A stretch of DNA of 60,273 nucleotides, counting the filler, from Sphacelaria rigidula (lineage: Eukaryota), in assembly GCA_964200075.2 (NCBI GenBank). It is 6 parts of 6 records of this genome, joined end to end, with 100 filler letters (N's around TTAATTAATTAA, not from the genome) between each part and the next. Parts side by side here need not be neighbours in the genome. Positions count along the whole stretch, not along the records: positions 10,064 to 20,026 come from CAXNAA020007404.1; positions 20,127 to 30,089 come from CAXNAA020007405.1; 4 more parts are not named here. One strand, 5' to 3'. The notes beneath the pieces are model-generated. The model was not told the origin of the DNA. It saw nothing but the letters and a program-made list of their open reading frames with translations, and did no database searches. The translations under genes were made by a program, and so were the position numbers. Of this stretch, positions 12,742 to 24,697 are shown piece after piece (position 1 is the stretch's first letter; every line of letters begins with the position of its first letter).

Positions 12742-15700
12742 GAAGAACACGCTGTATAGAGTACAGGTGTGTTTATAGCAATGTGATGAAGACGTATCTA
12801 CCTCACTTCCTGCAAACAACGGGGCCGTACTAAATCGACGGCTCGCGTTGTACACAAGCGAATGTACAACTCCCACTTAGTGTCTGTTCCGAGCAGGAGA
12901 AGGAGTTCAAGTTAGTAATCTGACACGCGGAATCATATAACTAACTCATGGCGTGCATCTAGATTTCCGGCGTTGACATGGACATAGATTTCGACTTCTC
13001 AGTTTTAATGGTACTTCGGTACCGCGATAGGACGCCGCGACCGCTATATGCGACAGAAAACATATACCTCCGTCGCCACAGGAGGCGAGAACATGAGAAC
13101 GGCAGGGTAGATGACACGCTCGATCAGAAGCGTTGGTGTTCAACTCCCCACCCGACCACCTCCCTGTACATACACTCGCGGCAGATGAGGAGGATCCCCA
13201 GGGCTAGCTCATGGGATGCAACATCGGGGCGCGTGCTGAGACGCCGCCCGGGGCAGCCCGAGCGTCACATACGACACTAGAACCAATCCCGAGGCAAGAG
13301 CATCTTCAATTCACAGTTGTAGTAACCCTGTGAGCTATCACAGGTGATGATCGCACGCTCCTTCCTCACTGCTTTCTTTCAGGCGATGACTGTGGCTTTC
13401 AAACCAAACGCAGGACGTCAGTATGCGTGGAATATATATATATATATATATATATATACTACATACATGCACAAGAAGTCCCGACCCTGACTCAGTAAAC
13501 GTTAAATATTGCACATAACTAAGTTCTTGCACACATACGCGTTGTTTGCATGTCATGCGGGCAGGTAGTGAAACACCTGCGTATCTTCGGCTGCCATCCC
13601 ACTCGGCACATGCCACAAATGTGGTTAAGAGAGAAGTTCTCGGCCGACAGACGTAGAACCTGCAGTGTCGATGTCAAATATGAGGGCAATTGCTGGCGGC
13701 CACGTCGGCGACGAAGGCGCAGTAGGAGAGGAGCCCAGTCCCCAATCGTGTGGGAAACACAGGGCGATCGCACTGTTCTGTGACTCTCGGCGCCAGGCGT
13801 GGTCTTCGATGGTGCACCCGTACAAATCGAGGGGACGGTGGGTGGGGGCGACGACCGGCGGAGCTCGCGGAGTGAAAAAGTAGAGAGGCGATCGCCCAGG
13901 GAAGGCCCGACGCACACAGTCTCTAGTACCTGCGCGTCGGAGGTGGGCTCACGGAAGCTATCGGCATCCACTGCGCCGACGACGATCCTCCACGATATGG
14001 GCACCACAACTCGCGGCAGTGTCACGGCTGTGTCACAGAGAGTGACTACCCGGCAGTCGAAACCTACCACGCGGCGAAGGTGCGCACTGAGTGGACGAAC
14101 GAGAAGCCAGAGCTGGTTGTGCTGGCGTACGACGACCCTAACACAGTGGAAATTATAAAGGCGCACGACCAACGAGGGCTAACGGAGAATATCGGAAAAT
14201 GTGGCACAAAGTTCAATCCAACATCCACGAAGCCTCTTCCCCGCTGGTCACACTTCCAGAGTCTGCAGTCCACTTCATCACACACTCCGGAAGGTTGTTC
14301 GAGAAATCCCTGAAGAAGTGGCTCGTGACTTCCATCGACACTGATCAGTGGATCATTGTACTTCTGGCGATGTCCTCCGGATATATTAAGCCGCATGGCT
14401 TGGGCGCCGTGCTAGCCACTGTCAAACGCATCGTGAATGGTGGCCCCCAGTACATACTGGTGAACCGAGTGTACAGTGCGATCGAGAATCTGAGGGACGG
14501 GAGCGAGAGTGCTTGGCCGCCCGACGGCCAGTACGATTGGCTGACACCATCAATCAAGGTGGTACTGTTCGTTTGACCTATCTGCTGGCCGGGTGCGATT
14601 TTTTACCACATGTGTGTGGGATTCATTTCATGAAGATGTGGGATTCCGTTCTGAAGGCCATTCGCACGCCGAACCTCTTCACGAAAGCGATACTGGCGGA
14701 CAAAGATGGGAGGCTCACGCTGGAGATGGACGGGGACGTGAAGCTGCTGGCTACCGTTTTCGTTTTCAGGTTCGAAAACGCTTTCGCACAAGTTGCCACG
14801 GGTCCGGGGATTCTGTTCACCACGTGCGGACAGGACTTGGCGTCGTAGGTGAACAAGATCCGCTTGTGTATCACCACAGCGCATGGACACCAGCCTTCCC
14901 GCTGCTGCCCCGACTTAAACGCCTGTAATAAGCACTTCAGTAAGTCCGATGCAGTGTTCGAATACGGGGGGGAACCTTCCCACGCAGCATGCCCCAGTGA
15001 ACTCCAACGGACGCGGGTGGGGCATAGAGCCTGAGGGGAGGACCCACCACAAGGGTGGTGTGAAATCGTCGAGCACAGCGGGGTTGGAGCTGTAACGCGA
15101 TAACATTATGGTGCACTTGTCGAGTCACACATACGTCGACACATTCTGAAATCTGCAAATACTCAGATGTGCATGCAACCCAGGAGGGGCAGCGTCAAAA
15201 CACAGATGCTGGAGTCGCAGGTGTTTGGGGAACTGCACTCTGAGCTGCGGTTGCCAGGGTCGCTGCTTCCTGTTCGCTAAACGGGGGAAGCCGATCAACA
15301 GCGAAGCATGCAAGGGGCGGGTCGACTGCATCACGTGGAATGGGGGCGGCATTCCAGCAAGCAGCGCACCAGGGACACCTGTTGATACGACTGATGGTGA
15401 GGAGCCTCGCTGGCGCGGCGCCAGAAGGGAGGTGGTGGGGGAAGCGCACTCGGGACCAGATCCGATCAGTGAAACCGCCGGCATAGATGGCCGCGCACGC
15501 GGGCGATCGCGCAACGGGAAAGGCCGGTCAACAGCGAAGCATGCAACGGGCGAGTCGGCTGCATCACGCGGGAGGGGCGCGGCAAGTGGAGCGAGCAACG
15601 CGCCGAGGGCACCTGTTGGTATGACCGATGGTGAGGGGCGTTACTAGCACGACGGCGGGCGGCAGGGGGTAGGGGGGGCGCATCCGGGACAAGAGCCCAT

Positions 15701-16316
15701 CGGTGGCTATTTTTGCGAGGGTAGATTAGATAAACCCGTCAGACACAAGTCAAACTCTGCAGCCGGGATGTGGATCGGAGATTCGGATTCATAATGCAGC
15801 GGGTCCGAGAGAGAGGACTCGGCATCGGCAGCGGGCGACGACAATGAGAATGATTTCGCGTTCTGATTTCAGTCTGTGGAGAATATCGGGGCCGTTCTTT
15901 CTGTAGATGGGTTGCGCAAACGTTTCTGTACAACTCAACCTTATTTTTTTCACGCTGTAGTCATGAACCGTGCCTCATGTACATGGCGATGATGGCTCGT
16001 GCATGTGCGGTGCACCGTGGGATGCAAAAGTGTATCGGGGGTCATCTGGCTACGCCCGTCAGCGAATCGCCTGTGGTGCATGAGGCTACAGAGTAGTGTC
16101 GATCAAGTGAGTGTTTCAACACAAGACGAGTAATCTGACCGACACCATCGTATGCCAGTCAATCTTTCGATTTACCGTGCAGCACTGCCAACGCTCGCGC
16201 CTCGACGCTACGGCGTTCGTGCAAGGAGAGAACTGCCGGGAATCATCCGTATCACTGTTGAGTTGAACGGTCGGACGAAAAACATCGGGTGGTGTTCTTC
16301 GCCACAATCTCGTCGG
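12560..16316 (+). mobile_element. AcademX-like DNA transposon, decayed copy 1 (XPG/FEN-like nuclease + CXC)
   Basis: Colinear with 20200-23520; fragments VVLAYDDPNTVEIIKAH, TSIDTDQW, YLLAGCDFLP, RGWG, CACNP..C..C..GNCTLSCGCQGRC; the element probably extends beyond 16316. Confidence 0.65.
13550..15850 (+). pseudogene. Frameshifted PIN/XPG-like nuclease-CXC gene
   Basis: ORF pieces 14080-14313, 14199-14576, 14513-14848, 14849-15034 and 15225-15647; those from 14199 on align with the 21243-22967 protein. Confidence 0.75.
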
Positions 16317-17849
16317 TACCCTTGATCCTGCACCACCATCTGCACCGAACCGGAGAGTCGTGTCACCACCGGTCTTGCGCATCACACATCGGGTCGATTT
16401 TCGCGACGTTTCATTTACACCGCTTATCACGGCAAACACAACACGTTGAACCACTTTTTTTTTTTCCTTCTTCGTTTTGGGCGTAAGTGATGACTGGGCG
16501 GATGTTGCCTCCTTGCTTTGCCTTGCGTTCATCGTCGCAAAATCTGTCACGTCACATGAACGTATTGAGGTGCTTGTATGTTGTTTGTTCTGCCGAAGTT
16601 GTATGTTTGTCCGAGAGCTATGAACATCAATCGAGTGCAGAAGAAAGTGGTGGTCAGGTGTAGAAATCCATGACAGTTATCAACTCGTGTCGGCTGTTCT
16701 TCGACAAAAATGCTAGCCCAGTCGAAACAAGTCTGCCACCACCGGAAAATGGGAACGTGGCACGGATTGTTCCATCGGATTCGACCACTCTGGCAGGTGA
16801 GTGCATGTGTAAAAAATAAATAAATTCCATTTTCACAAAAAGTAAGGTGTCCTCGAGTAATTTTTTCCGACAGTATAGGAAGCCATTGGAAACTGTCAAT
16901 ACTCCCCTAGCTCCCTTTCGGACGCAAAATAAGACCGATGAACAAAACAATAGTGCTATGGGCTGGGCCAGCAGTGAATCCCGCATTTGCATGTCACACC
17001 ATAACTTATCAAGTTTCCCAAATCAGCTCGACTTGAGTAGATCAGTGTGAACTGCAAACCAACGTGGTGACGCACGGGACCGCCGCAGAAAGAAAAACAA
17101 ATTGAGAAGAATGTACTCCATCGTGTATCACCTAACCGACGGAACAAGAAAAGGAATCCGAAGGGATTCGAACTCGTGACCTCCATAATTGGAGTTAACT
17201 GCATCACTTGGATTAGAGGAGCGCAGCCGTGCCACACGAAAAAGTTGGATGCTGCGCCAAATCTCTCGAAGGTTCGGCCGCAAGTGCACCAGGATGTCCA
17301 TGAGGATGTCCTCCACTGAAGGACGCACAACTGCAGCAGTGATGCCCACGTGTTTATTTATTTTCACGGAGTTATAGCATTCTTCTAGTTTTTGCAGAAA
17401 CTTCAAATCACTCCAAATGTATGTTTTTTTTTTCTTGGCATTCCCGGAAAGGTTGTGCGTAGTGATGATACAGATATTGTGTCAAAATGTCAGCGCCCGA
17501 CGCTTCGGATTACCAACCGCCCGGTCCGGATACATTCACGAATCGCTGCCAGCTGGCCCAGCTCGTACAGTATTGTTTGGCGTTGTTTGTTTGCCATGAG
17601 AACTGACATTGGACGCGGAGTGGTCACGGCCTCGCTGACGACAGTATGCGTGTGTTTGCACGGTATGTTTTGGGCAGCGACCTCGCGCGCCACCGTAGCT
17701 ATAACTTCATGCATATGTTTGAATTATCTTCTCTGCTGACGGGCAACGCTGTTGATTTCATGAAAGAGTGAGAGAATATGTGTACGACAACGACCACACC
17801 TGAACACGGCGCAATTGCCGCCGTCTTTTTTTGGGCATCGCAGTGCTGA

Positions 17850-17975
17850 ATATCGAGAGGAAAAAAAGTTCGATACGATATTCTCAACGTATCGACCTCA
17901 AGATGTCGATATCGATATTTTTTTCGATACTCGATACTGATACTCGATACTGATACTCGATACGATACGATACGG
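17850..17975. repeat. TCGATA-rich short dispersed repeat
   Basis: Runs of (T)CGATA(C); a similar block lies at 19745-19895. Confidence 0.6.
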
Positions 17976-18269
17976 CTGTTTCGGTGGGGACACGGCTTGC
18001 AAGACCTCACCGTACTACACTGACAAAAGCAACCTAACCCGGAGTGGGTACACGCCTGATTGTGTGGAGGTACAGTAGCACCAGTGGTGTGTGATTTGTG
18101 AGTTATCTGAGATCATAGAAGTGGCGGCACAACACGCGGCGTGATGCTTCGGTTTGATAAAAATGGTTCATCGTGCAAGGGGCAAGTCGCAAAATAGGTA
18201 GTTGATCACAACTCGAGGTGTGATGCATGATAGATAGTGTGTGGTTCAAGCCGGTGATATACCAAAGCA

Positions 18270-18719
18270 TATAACACGGGATCTTACAAATTGGGGATGG
18301 ACTTTTCATTGGGGATGAGAAACGCGGAGAATTAAAATCTTCTTATCCACGCCACATCTTCGAAATATGGTTCCATTTCTTCAGACCTACTGACAGCTAT
18401 TGACAACTGCTACACGTCATAGAAATTTTGATTTCGATCACCGAAATGTTGAGGTCCTAGGTGAAAAACCCATTTCGGAACCATTTTGGCGTCCGTTCGG
18501 ACACCCGAAATTCCCCAAAATTGTTTTTCATCTAGGACCCCAATATTTCGGTGATCTAAATCCAAATTTCCACAGCGTGCAGCAGTTGTCAATAGCTATC
18601 AGTGGGTGAAGATATGGAACCATATTTCGAAGATTTGGTGTGGATACGAAGATTTCAATTCTTCGGGTTTCTCATCCCCAATACAAGACCCATCCCCAAT
18701 TTGTGAGCCCGTGCTATAT
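18270..18719. repeat. Long imperfect inverted repeat / foldback element
   Basis: ACAAATTGGGGATGG..CTTCGAAATATGGTTCCAT..GCTATTGACAACTGCT..GGTCCTAG mirrored by CTAGGACC..AGCAGTTGTCAATAGC..ATGGAACCATATTTCGAAG..CCATCCCCAATTTGT. Confidence 0.92.
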
Positions 18720-18885
18720 TCCGCGGCCACTATTCCGTTGTGATTCTATCGAATTTGACCATTTACCTCGGCTCTGCGCACTGCGCACTGCGAACGCACC
18801 CATTAGTCAACAATGAACGCGCCAAACGTCGAAACTGGGCGATAAATGATGAATGCAAATGGGCGCTCGCTTTTTCTGTTCTTCA

Positions 18886-19346
18886 GGCCGGAATATCATG
18901 ACACACAGATTTTTGGCCCACGGATTGTTCACTTTGATGGCATTTGAGCCACTTTTTGACCCCCACGTCTTGGACACTTTGCGTCACCCCACAGAGAAGA
19001 GCCTAGCCCACTTTTCAAATTCCCTTGGCTCCAAGGTTTCGACAGCGGCCGCTGAACAAAAATCCGTGTGCAACAAATCTCGGGCGATCTCCACAGATTA
19101 TTGGGCAAACTGGTGGAGGTAGGCAAGCACGGATTTTCGCACACGAATTTGTGTTCAGCGGCCAATCTCGAAATCTCGGAGCCAAGCGAATCTGAAAAGT
19201 GGGCTAGGCTCCCCTCTGTGGGGTGATGCAAAGTGTCCAAGGCGTGTGTTAGCGATTTCCCCTGTTTGGGGGTCAAAAAGGGGGTCAGATGTCCCACAGG
19301 TGAACAATCCATGGGCCAAAAATCTGTTTGCCATAACATCCGGCCT
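18886..19346. repeat. Long imperfect inverted repeat / foldback element
   Basis: CAGATTTTTGGCCCACGGATTGTTCAC..TTGGACACTTTGC..GAGCCTAGCCCACTTTTCA..GGCCGCTGAACA mirrored in 19130-19346; spacer about 50 bp. Confidence 0.9.
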
Positions 19347-19954
19347 CATACCATACAAGGGATAAGTCGGCAGGAAAGGTCCAACTTTTTCATTGTCGGC
19401 TACACAACGAAATATACTCTCCAGGCACCTAAACCTTCGCTGGTAACTTTGCTTGCCCGCTCTCTTCACTCTTGGTTGAGGGCACTGGGGCAGCCACTGT
19501 TGCAGCAGCAGCCGCCGTAACAGACACAGATACAAACGGTTCGGCAGAAACGTCGACCGCAGACTGCGCTACCGCCTTTCACAAAGCCGAAAGTCTGAAG
19601 ACGGCTCATGTTGCAGACCGGTGCGGTTCGCAGCAAGTGGCTGTGTGGTGTGTGGTGGACAGTGGGGTGGTGGGCAGTGGGGTGATGGGCAGTGGGACGA
19701 TGTGCTGTCCACCCCCCCCCCCCCCGGCAAAAAATAAATAAGCATATCGACCATACCAATATCTGATAGTGATATTGATATTGATACGTATCGACAAATA
19801 TTGGCTTGGGAAGCGGCGATACCAATACGCCGTATCGATCGATATTATCGAGATCGTATCGAGTATCGATATCCGATCTTCAACACTGGGATATCGCTTT
19901 TCTTTGTGAAGTAATCCGGAGTATCTGTTACGTTTCTCCACCGCATCGATTATA

Positions 19955-20026
19955 GTCGCCCCGGTGGCTCAGTTGGAAACCTCGTAACCTTCTGATGGTT
20001 GAGTAGGGGGGTTCGATTCCCGGAGC
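19955..20026 (+). mobile_element. tRNA-derived SINE head (copy 2, cut by contig end)
   Basis: GTCGCCCCGGTGGCTCAGTTGG..AACCTTCTGATGGTT..GGTTCGATTCCCGGAGC. Confidence 0.75.
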
Positions 20027-20126
20027 NNNNNNNNNNNNNNNNNNNNNNNNNNNNNNNNNNNNNNNNNNNNTTAATTAATTAANNNNNNNNNNNNNNNNNN
20101 NNNNNNNNNNNNNNNNNNNNNNNNNN
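20027..20126. other. Artificial contig linker
   Basis: Same N44-TTAATTAATTAA-N44 cassette. Confidence 0.98.
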
Positions 20127-20199
20127 TTCACTGATTGACCGCTTTTCACTCTCAATCGCATCATCTACTCTCAATCTCACGAAAACACTGTTTGGTGTC

Positions 20200-23100
20200 G
20201 GTCAGCGCTGTAAGCCCATAGAGTAGGTAAAATGCGCAGAAGAAGTATCTACGCGATCGGAGGGCATTCGGCCGGCAAAAAAGTTATCGGGCACCATCGC
20301 TGAAAGTGTGGGGCAAGCTCTGTTTTGGGCTTGAACTTCATGTCATCGCACGACCTCATTTTATAAAATTGCCTGTTTGAAAAAATACGATTTATAGTAC
20401 AAGTGTGTATATAGCAATGTGATTAAGACATATCTACATCACTTCCTGGAAACAGCGGGGCCGTAATAAACCGACGGCTTGCGTTGTACATGTGCGAATG
20501 TACAACTCGCACTTAGTGGCTGGTCTGTCCCGAGCAGGAGAAGGGGTTCAAGTTGGTGACTTGACATCCGGAATCAAGTACCTAACGTCTAGCGTGGATC
20601 GAGATTTCCGGCGTTGACATGGACATAGATTGGACTTCTCGCTTGTAATTGTACTTCGGTATCACGATAGAACGCCGCGACCGCTACATACGACATATAT
20701 CATATACCTCCGTCGCCACGGGAGGCGACAACATGAGAATGGCAGGGTAGATGACACACTCGAACAGGAGTGTTGGTGTTCAATTCCCCACCCGACCACT
20801 CCCCCTGTACATACACCGGCGACAGATGTGGAGGATACCCCGGGCTAACTCATGGGATGCAACATCCGGGCGCCTGCTGAGACGCCGTCCGGGGCAGTCC
20901 GACCGTCACATACGACACCAGGACCGATCCCGAGGTGAGAGCATCTTCAAATCACCGGTGTAGTAACCCTGCGAGCTATCGAAGGTGATGATCGCACGCG
21001 CCTCATTACTCTCTTTCAGGCGATGACCGAGGCTTTCAAACCAAACGCAAGGCGTGAGCATGCGTGGGTAAGATATATACTTGTATGTACATGTGTTCGC
21101 GAGAACTCCTCACTCTGACTGTTGAAACGTTAAATATTGCATAGAACTCAGTTTGCACACCTACGCGGGCAGATAGTGAAAAACCTGCGTGCCGTCTGCT
21201 GTCATCGCACCCGGCACATGCCACAACTGTGGTTGACAGAAGTTGTGCGAGAGAGGGGAGGAAGCGGAGGCAGGAGAATCACGCGCGCAAAGTGACGCGC
21301 TCCCCGACCCTTCCCCTCGTGCCTCGCAACCTCACCTGTTGTGGTGGCGTGACGGCAGTGGGCCTGATGGGAGTATCCACAGCGCACCTGGACCCGGCAT
21401 AGGTGAGGAAGAGATGTCCACAGTCCACTTCATCATACACTCCGGAAGATTGTGGGGGAAATCCCTGCAGAAGTGGCTCGCGGCTTCCACTGACACTGAT
21501 CAGTGGATCATTGTACTTCTGGCGATGTCCTCGGGGTTTATCAAGGCGCATGGCTCAGGCGCCGTGCTAGTCACTGTCAAACGCATCGTAAAAGGTGGCC
21601 CTCAGTACATACTGGTGAACCGGGTGTACAGTGCAATCGAGAATCTGAGGGACGGCAGCGAGAGTGCTTGGCCACCCGACGGCCAGTACGAGTGGCGGAC
21701 GCCATCAATCAAGGTGGCACTGTTCGTTTTCACCTACCTGCTGGCCGGGTGCGATTTTTTACCACATGTGTCCGGGGTTCCTTTCCTGAAGATGTGGGGT
21801 TTCGTTCTGAAGGCCATTCGCACGCCGAACCTCTTCACGAAAGCGATACTGGCGGACAAAGATGGGAGGCTCAGGGTGGAGATGGACGAGGGCGTGAAGC
21901 TGCTGGCCACCGTTTTCTTCTTCAGGTACGAAAACGCTTTCGCACAAGTTGCCACATATCCGGGAATTCTGCTCGCCACGTGCGGACAGGACTTGGCGTC
22001 GTACGTGGACAAGATCCGCTTGTGTATCACCGCAGCGCATGGACACCAGCGTTCCCGCTGCTGCCCAGAGTTAGACGCCTGCAAGAATCACGTCAGTAAG
22101 TTCGATGCGATGTTCGAATACTGGGGGGGAAGTTCCCTACGCAGCATGCCCCCAGTGAACTTCAACCGACGCGGGTGAGGCATAGGACCTGAGAGGAGGA
22201 CTCACCACAAGGGTGGTGTAAAGTCATCGAGCACAGCGGGGGTGGAGCTGTTACGCCATAACATTGTGGTGCACTTGTCGAGTCACACATACGTCGACAC
22301 ATCCGGAAACGTGCAAACACTCAGATGTGCATGCAACCCGGAGAGGGTGGCGACAAAACACAGATGCCGGAGTTGCAGGTGTTTGGGGAACTTCAGTCTG
22401 AGCTGCGGTTGCCAGGGTCGCTGCTTCCTGCCCCCGCCCCCTTCGCGAGCGGCCGCCGCGAATCCCGCTGAGGAAACCGGCGACGGACAGAGCGGTGCAC
22501 CAGGCCGACCACAAAACGGGAGAAGACGATCAACAACGAAGCATGCAGGGGGCGGGTCGACTGCATCACGTGGAGTGGAGGCGGCATCTCGAGCAAGCAG
22601 CTCACCAGCGGCACCTGTTGATACGACTGATGGTGAGGAGCCTCGCCGGCGCGGCGCCGGGAGGGAGGTGGTGGGGGGAGCGCACTCGGGACCAGATCCG
22701 ACGAGTGAAACCGACGGGGTAGATGGCCGCGCACGCGGGCGATCGCGCAATGGGAAATGTCAATCAACAGCGAAGCATGCAGAGGGCGAGTCGGCTGCAT
22801 CACGCGGAAGGGGCGCGGCAAGTGGAACGAGCAACGTGCCAGGGGCACCTGTTGATATGACCGATGGTCAGGGGCGTTATTGTCACGGCGGCGGGAGGCA
22901 GGGGGCAGGGGGGCGCATCCGGGAGAAGAGTCCACCAGTGGCTGTCCCATCAGAGACGGCGGATTAGAGAAACCCGTCGGACACAAGTCGAACTCTGCAG
23001 CCGGGATCTGGATCGGAGATTCGGATTCAGAATGCAGCGGGTCCGGGAGAGAGGACTCGGCATCGGAAACGGGCGACGACAATAGGGGAGATTTCGCGTT

Positions 23101-23520
23101 TTGATTTCAGTCTGTGAAGAATTTTGGGGCCGTTCTTTCCTGTAGATAGATTGCGCAAACGGTTCTGTTGAACTCCAGGATGTTTTTTTCCAGGATGTAG
23201 TCATGAGCCGTGTCTCAGGTACATGGCGATCATGGTTCGTGCATGTGCGGTGCACGGTGGGGTGCAAAAGTGTATTGGGGGTGATCTGGCTAAGCCCGCC
23301 AGTCAACCAAATGAGTGTTTCAACGGCAGTCGACTGACCTGAACAACATCATCGTATGCCAGTCAACATTTTGGTTTACCGTGCAGCACTGCCAACGCTC
23401 GCGTCTCGACGCTATGGCGTTCGTGCCAGGACACAACTGCCGGGAATTATCCGTATCACTATTACGTTGAACGGTCGGACGAAAAACATGGGGTGGTTTT
23501 CTTTGCCGCACTCTCGCCGA
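20200..23520 (+). mobile_element. AcademX-like DNA transposon, copy 2 (interrupted by an LTR element)
   Basis: Colinear with 12560-16316; homology stops exactly at the LTR start 23521. Confidence 0.65.
21243..23103 (+). pseudogene. FEN1/XPG/XRN-like (PIN) nuclease with C-terminal tesmin-like CXC domain
   Basis: PGIGEEE (GExE), STDTD, LAGCDFLP, CPELDACKNH..EYW, then CACNP..CRSCRC..CGCQGRC; the TGA at 22176-22178 is TGG (Trp) in copy 1. Confidence 0.75.
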
Positions 23521-24256
23521 TGTCGTCGATACTGTGGTGAACCAAGCTTCGGGAGGCTTTTTGGTCTTGAACTGAACCAGTTCTAGTTTGAAAACATGAA
23601 CGTATGCATCGGGGAATCGGGATAAAACATGATGAAATTATCCTTGTCCGGGGTACAAAGAAGGTTTTTGTGGCGTGTGAAGGCTTAGCGGACATTATTC
23701 CGGCTACGGGCAATAAGAACTCTGACGAATTCTATGTTGAAGTGGTAAAAGTAAGAAAAACTTACGTTCCGGATCGGAAGGTCAGAGCAGAAGGGGTATC
23801 TTGAAGAGTAGATTCACAAAATAGGGCGTTTCTGAATCTACTCTTGGACTTCGTACAGCTAAACCAGCTGTCATTTGTGTTTGACGACTAAAGAGTGGGT
23901 TCTTATAGAGTTAACATCACAGGTTAGGTGGGCACGTACGATTGAAGAGATGAAGAGACACCGAGGTGAAGACCGAAAGGTTTTCTGTCTTCACCCCCAC
24001 GAGTCACTCCTCTTTTTACGGTCTGTAGTTTTTGATTTGAAGATTGGTTTTGGGTGCATTTGTGGCATTATTATAGTGCAGCGACATCGGGGCGTCACCA
24101 GTAATATACTGAAAGAAGACTCAAAAAGCATATTTTCTCATTCTTGGCATATCAGTGCCCGCATCTCATTTGGATTATGTGTGAACAAGACGGCTGACCT
24201 TCATAAAAACAGTTGAACCTACATTTGGGAATAGAGTGAAGACCTCTTCCACGACA
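23521..24256 (+). mobile_element. 5' LTR (736 bp) of a Ty3/gypsy element
   Basis: Termini TGTCGT...ACGACA form a 6-bp inverted repeat; followed by a TGG-starting PBS; coincides with the break in homology to contig 2. Confidence 0.8.
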
Positions 24257-24257
24257 C

Positions 24258-24272
24258 TGGCGATCGGCGGTA
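24258..24272 (+). promoter_or_regulatory. Primer-binding site
   Basis: TGGCGATCGGCGG begins 1 nt after the LTR-terminal CA; priming tRNA not identified. Confidence 0.6.
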
Positions 24273-24697
24273 CTCTGTGGAGGAGGTTCAGCACGGTCTG
24301 CGCAACACAGGTCTTCAGTTCGACACTCCGACTACCGAAATGTCCGGTAAGAGCGATCGCTCCGTGTGTGATGTGCGAAATACCAAGGGGGTCCGAACAA
24401 GGTCACAACGTAGGGTAGATGAATTGGCGCGTGATACGACCTGGACTGTTGCGGCTGGTACACATGTGTCGGATGTATCAGAAAAAAGTGAAAGACGAAA
24501 TGAGGAGTCAGTTGAAAGCGTGTCGGACTTAGGACCGAGGCTTTCAGCAATTTCAGGTATAAACACTGGGGGGGATAGAAGCATTACCAAAAAATCTTCG
24601 GCTTCACCCTCATCGGGAGGATGACAGGGCGGAAGTACAGAGTAATTCGCTGATAAATGATTAAAACAACTCGCGTCGTGCATCAGATGTAGAACCA

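Noticed and set aside
19955-20026. Functional tRNA-Gln(CTG)
   Set aside because: The D-stem cannot pair, the copies differ, and they share sequence beyond the tRNA body; fits a SINE
22176-22178. Programmed TGA readthrough or selenocysteine in the nuclease ORF
   Set aside because: The other copy has TGG here, so it is a simple nonsense mutation in a decaying element
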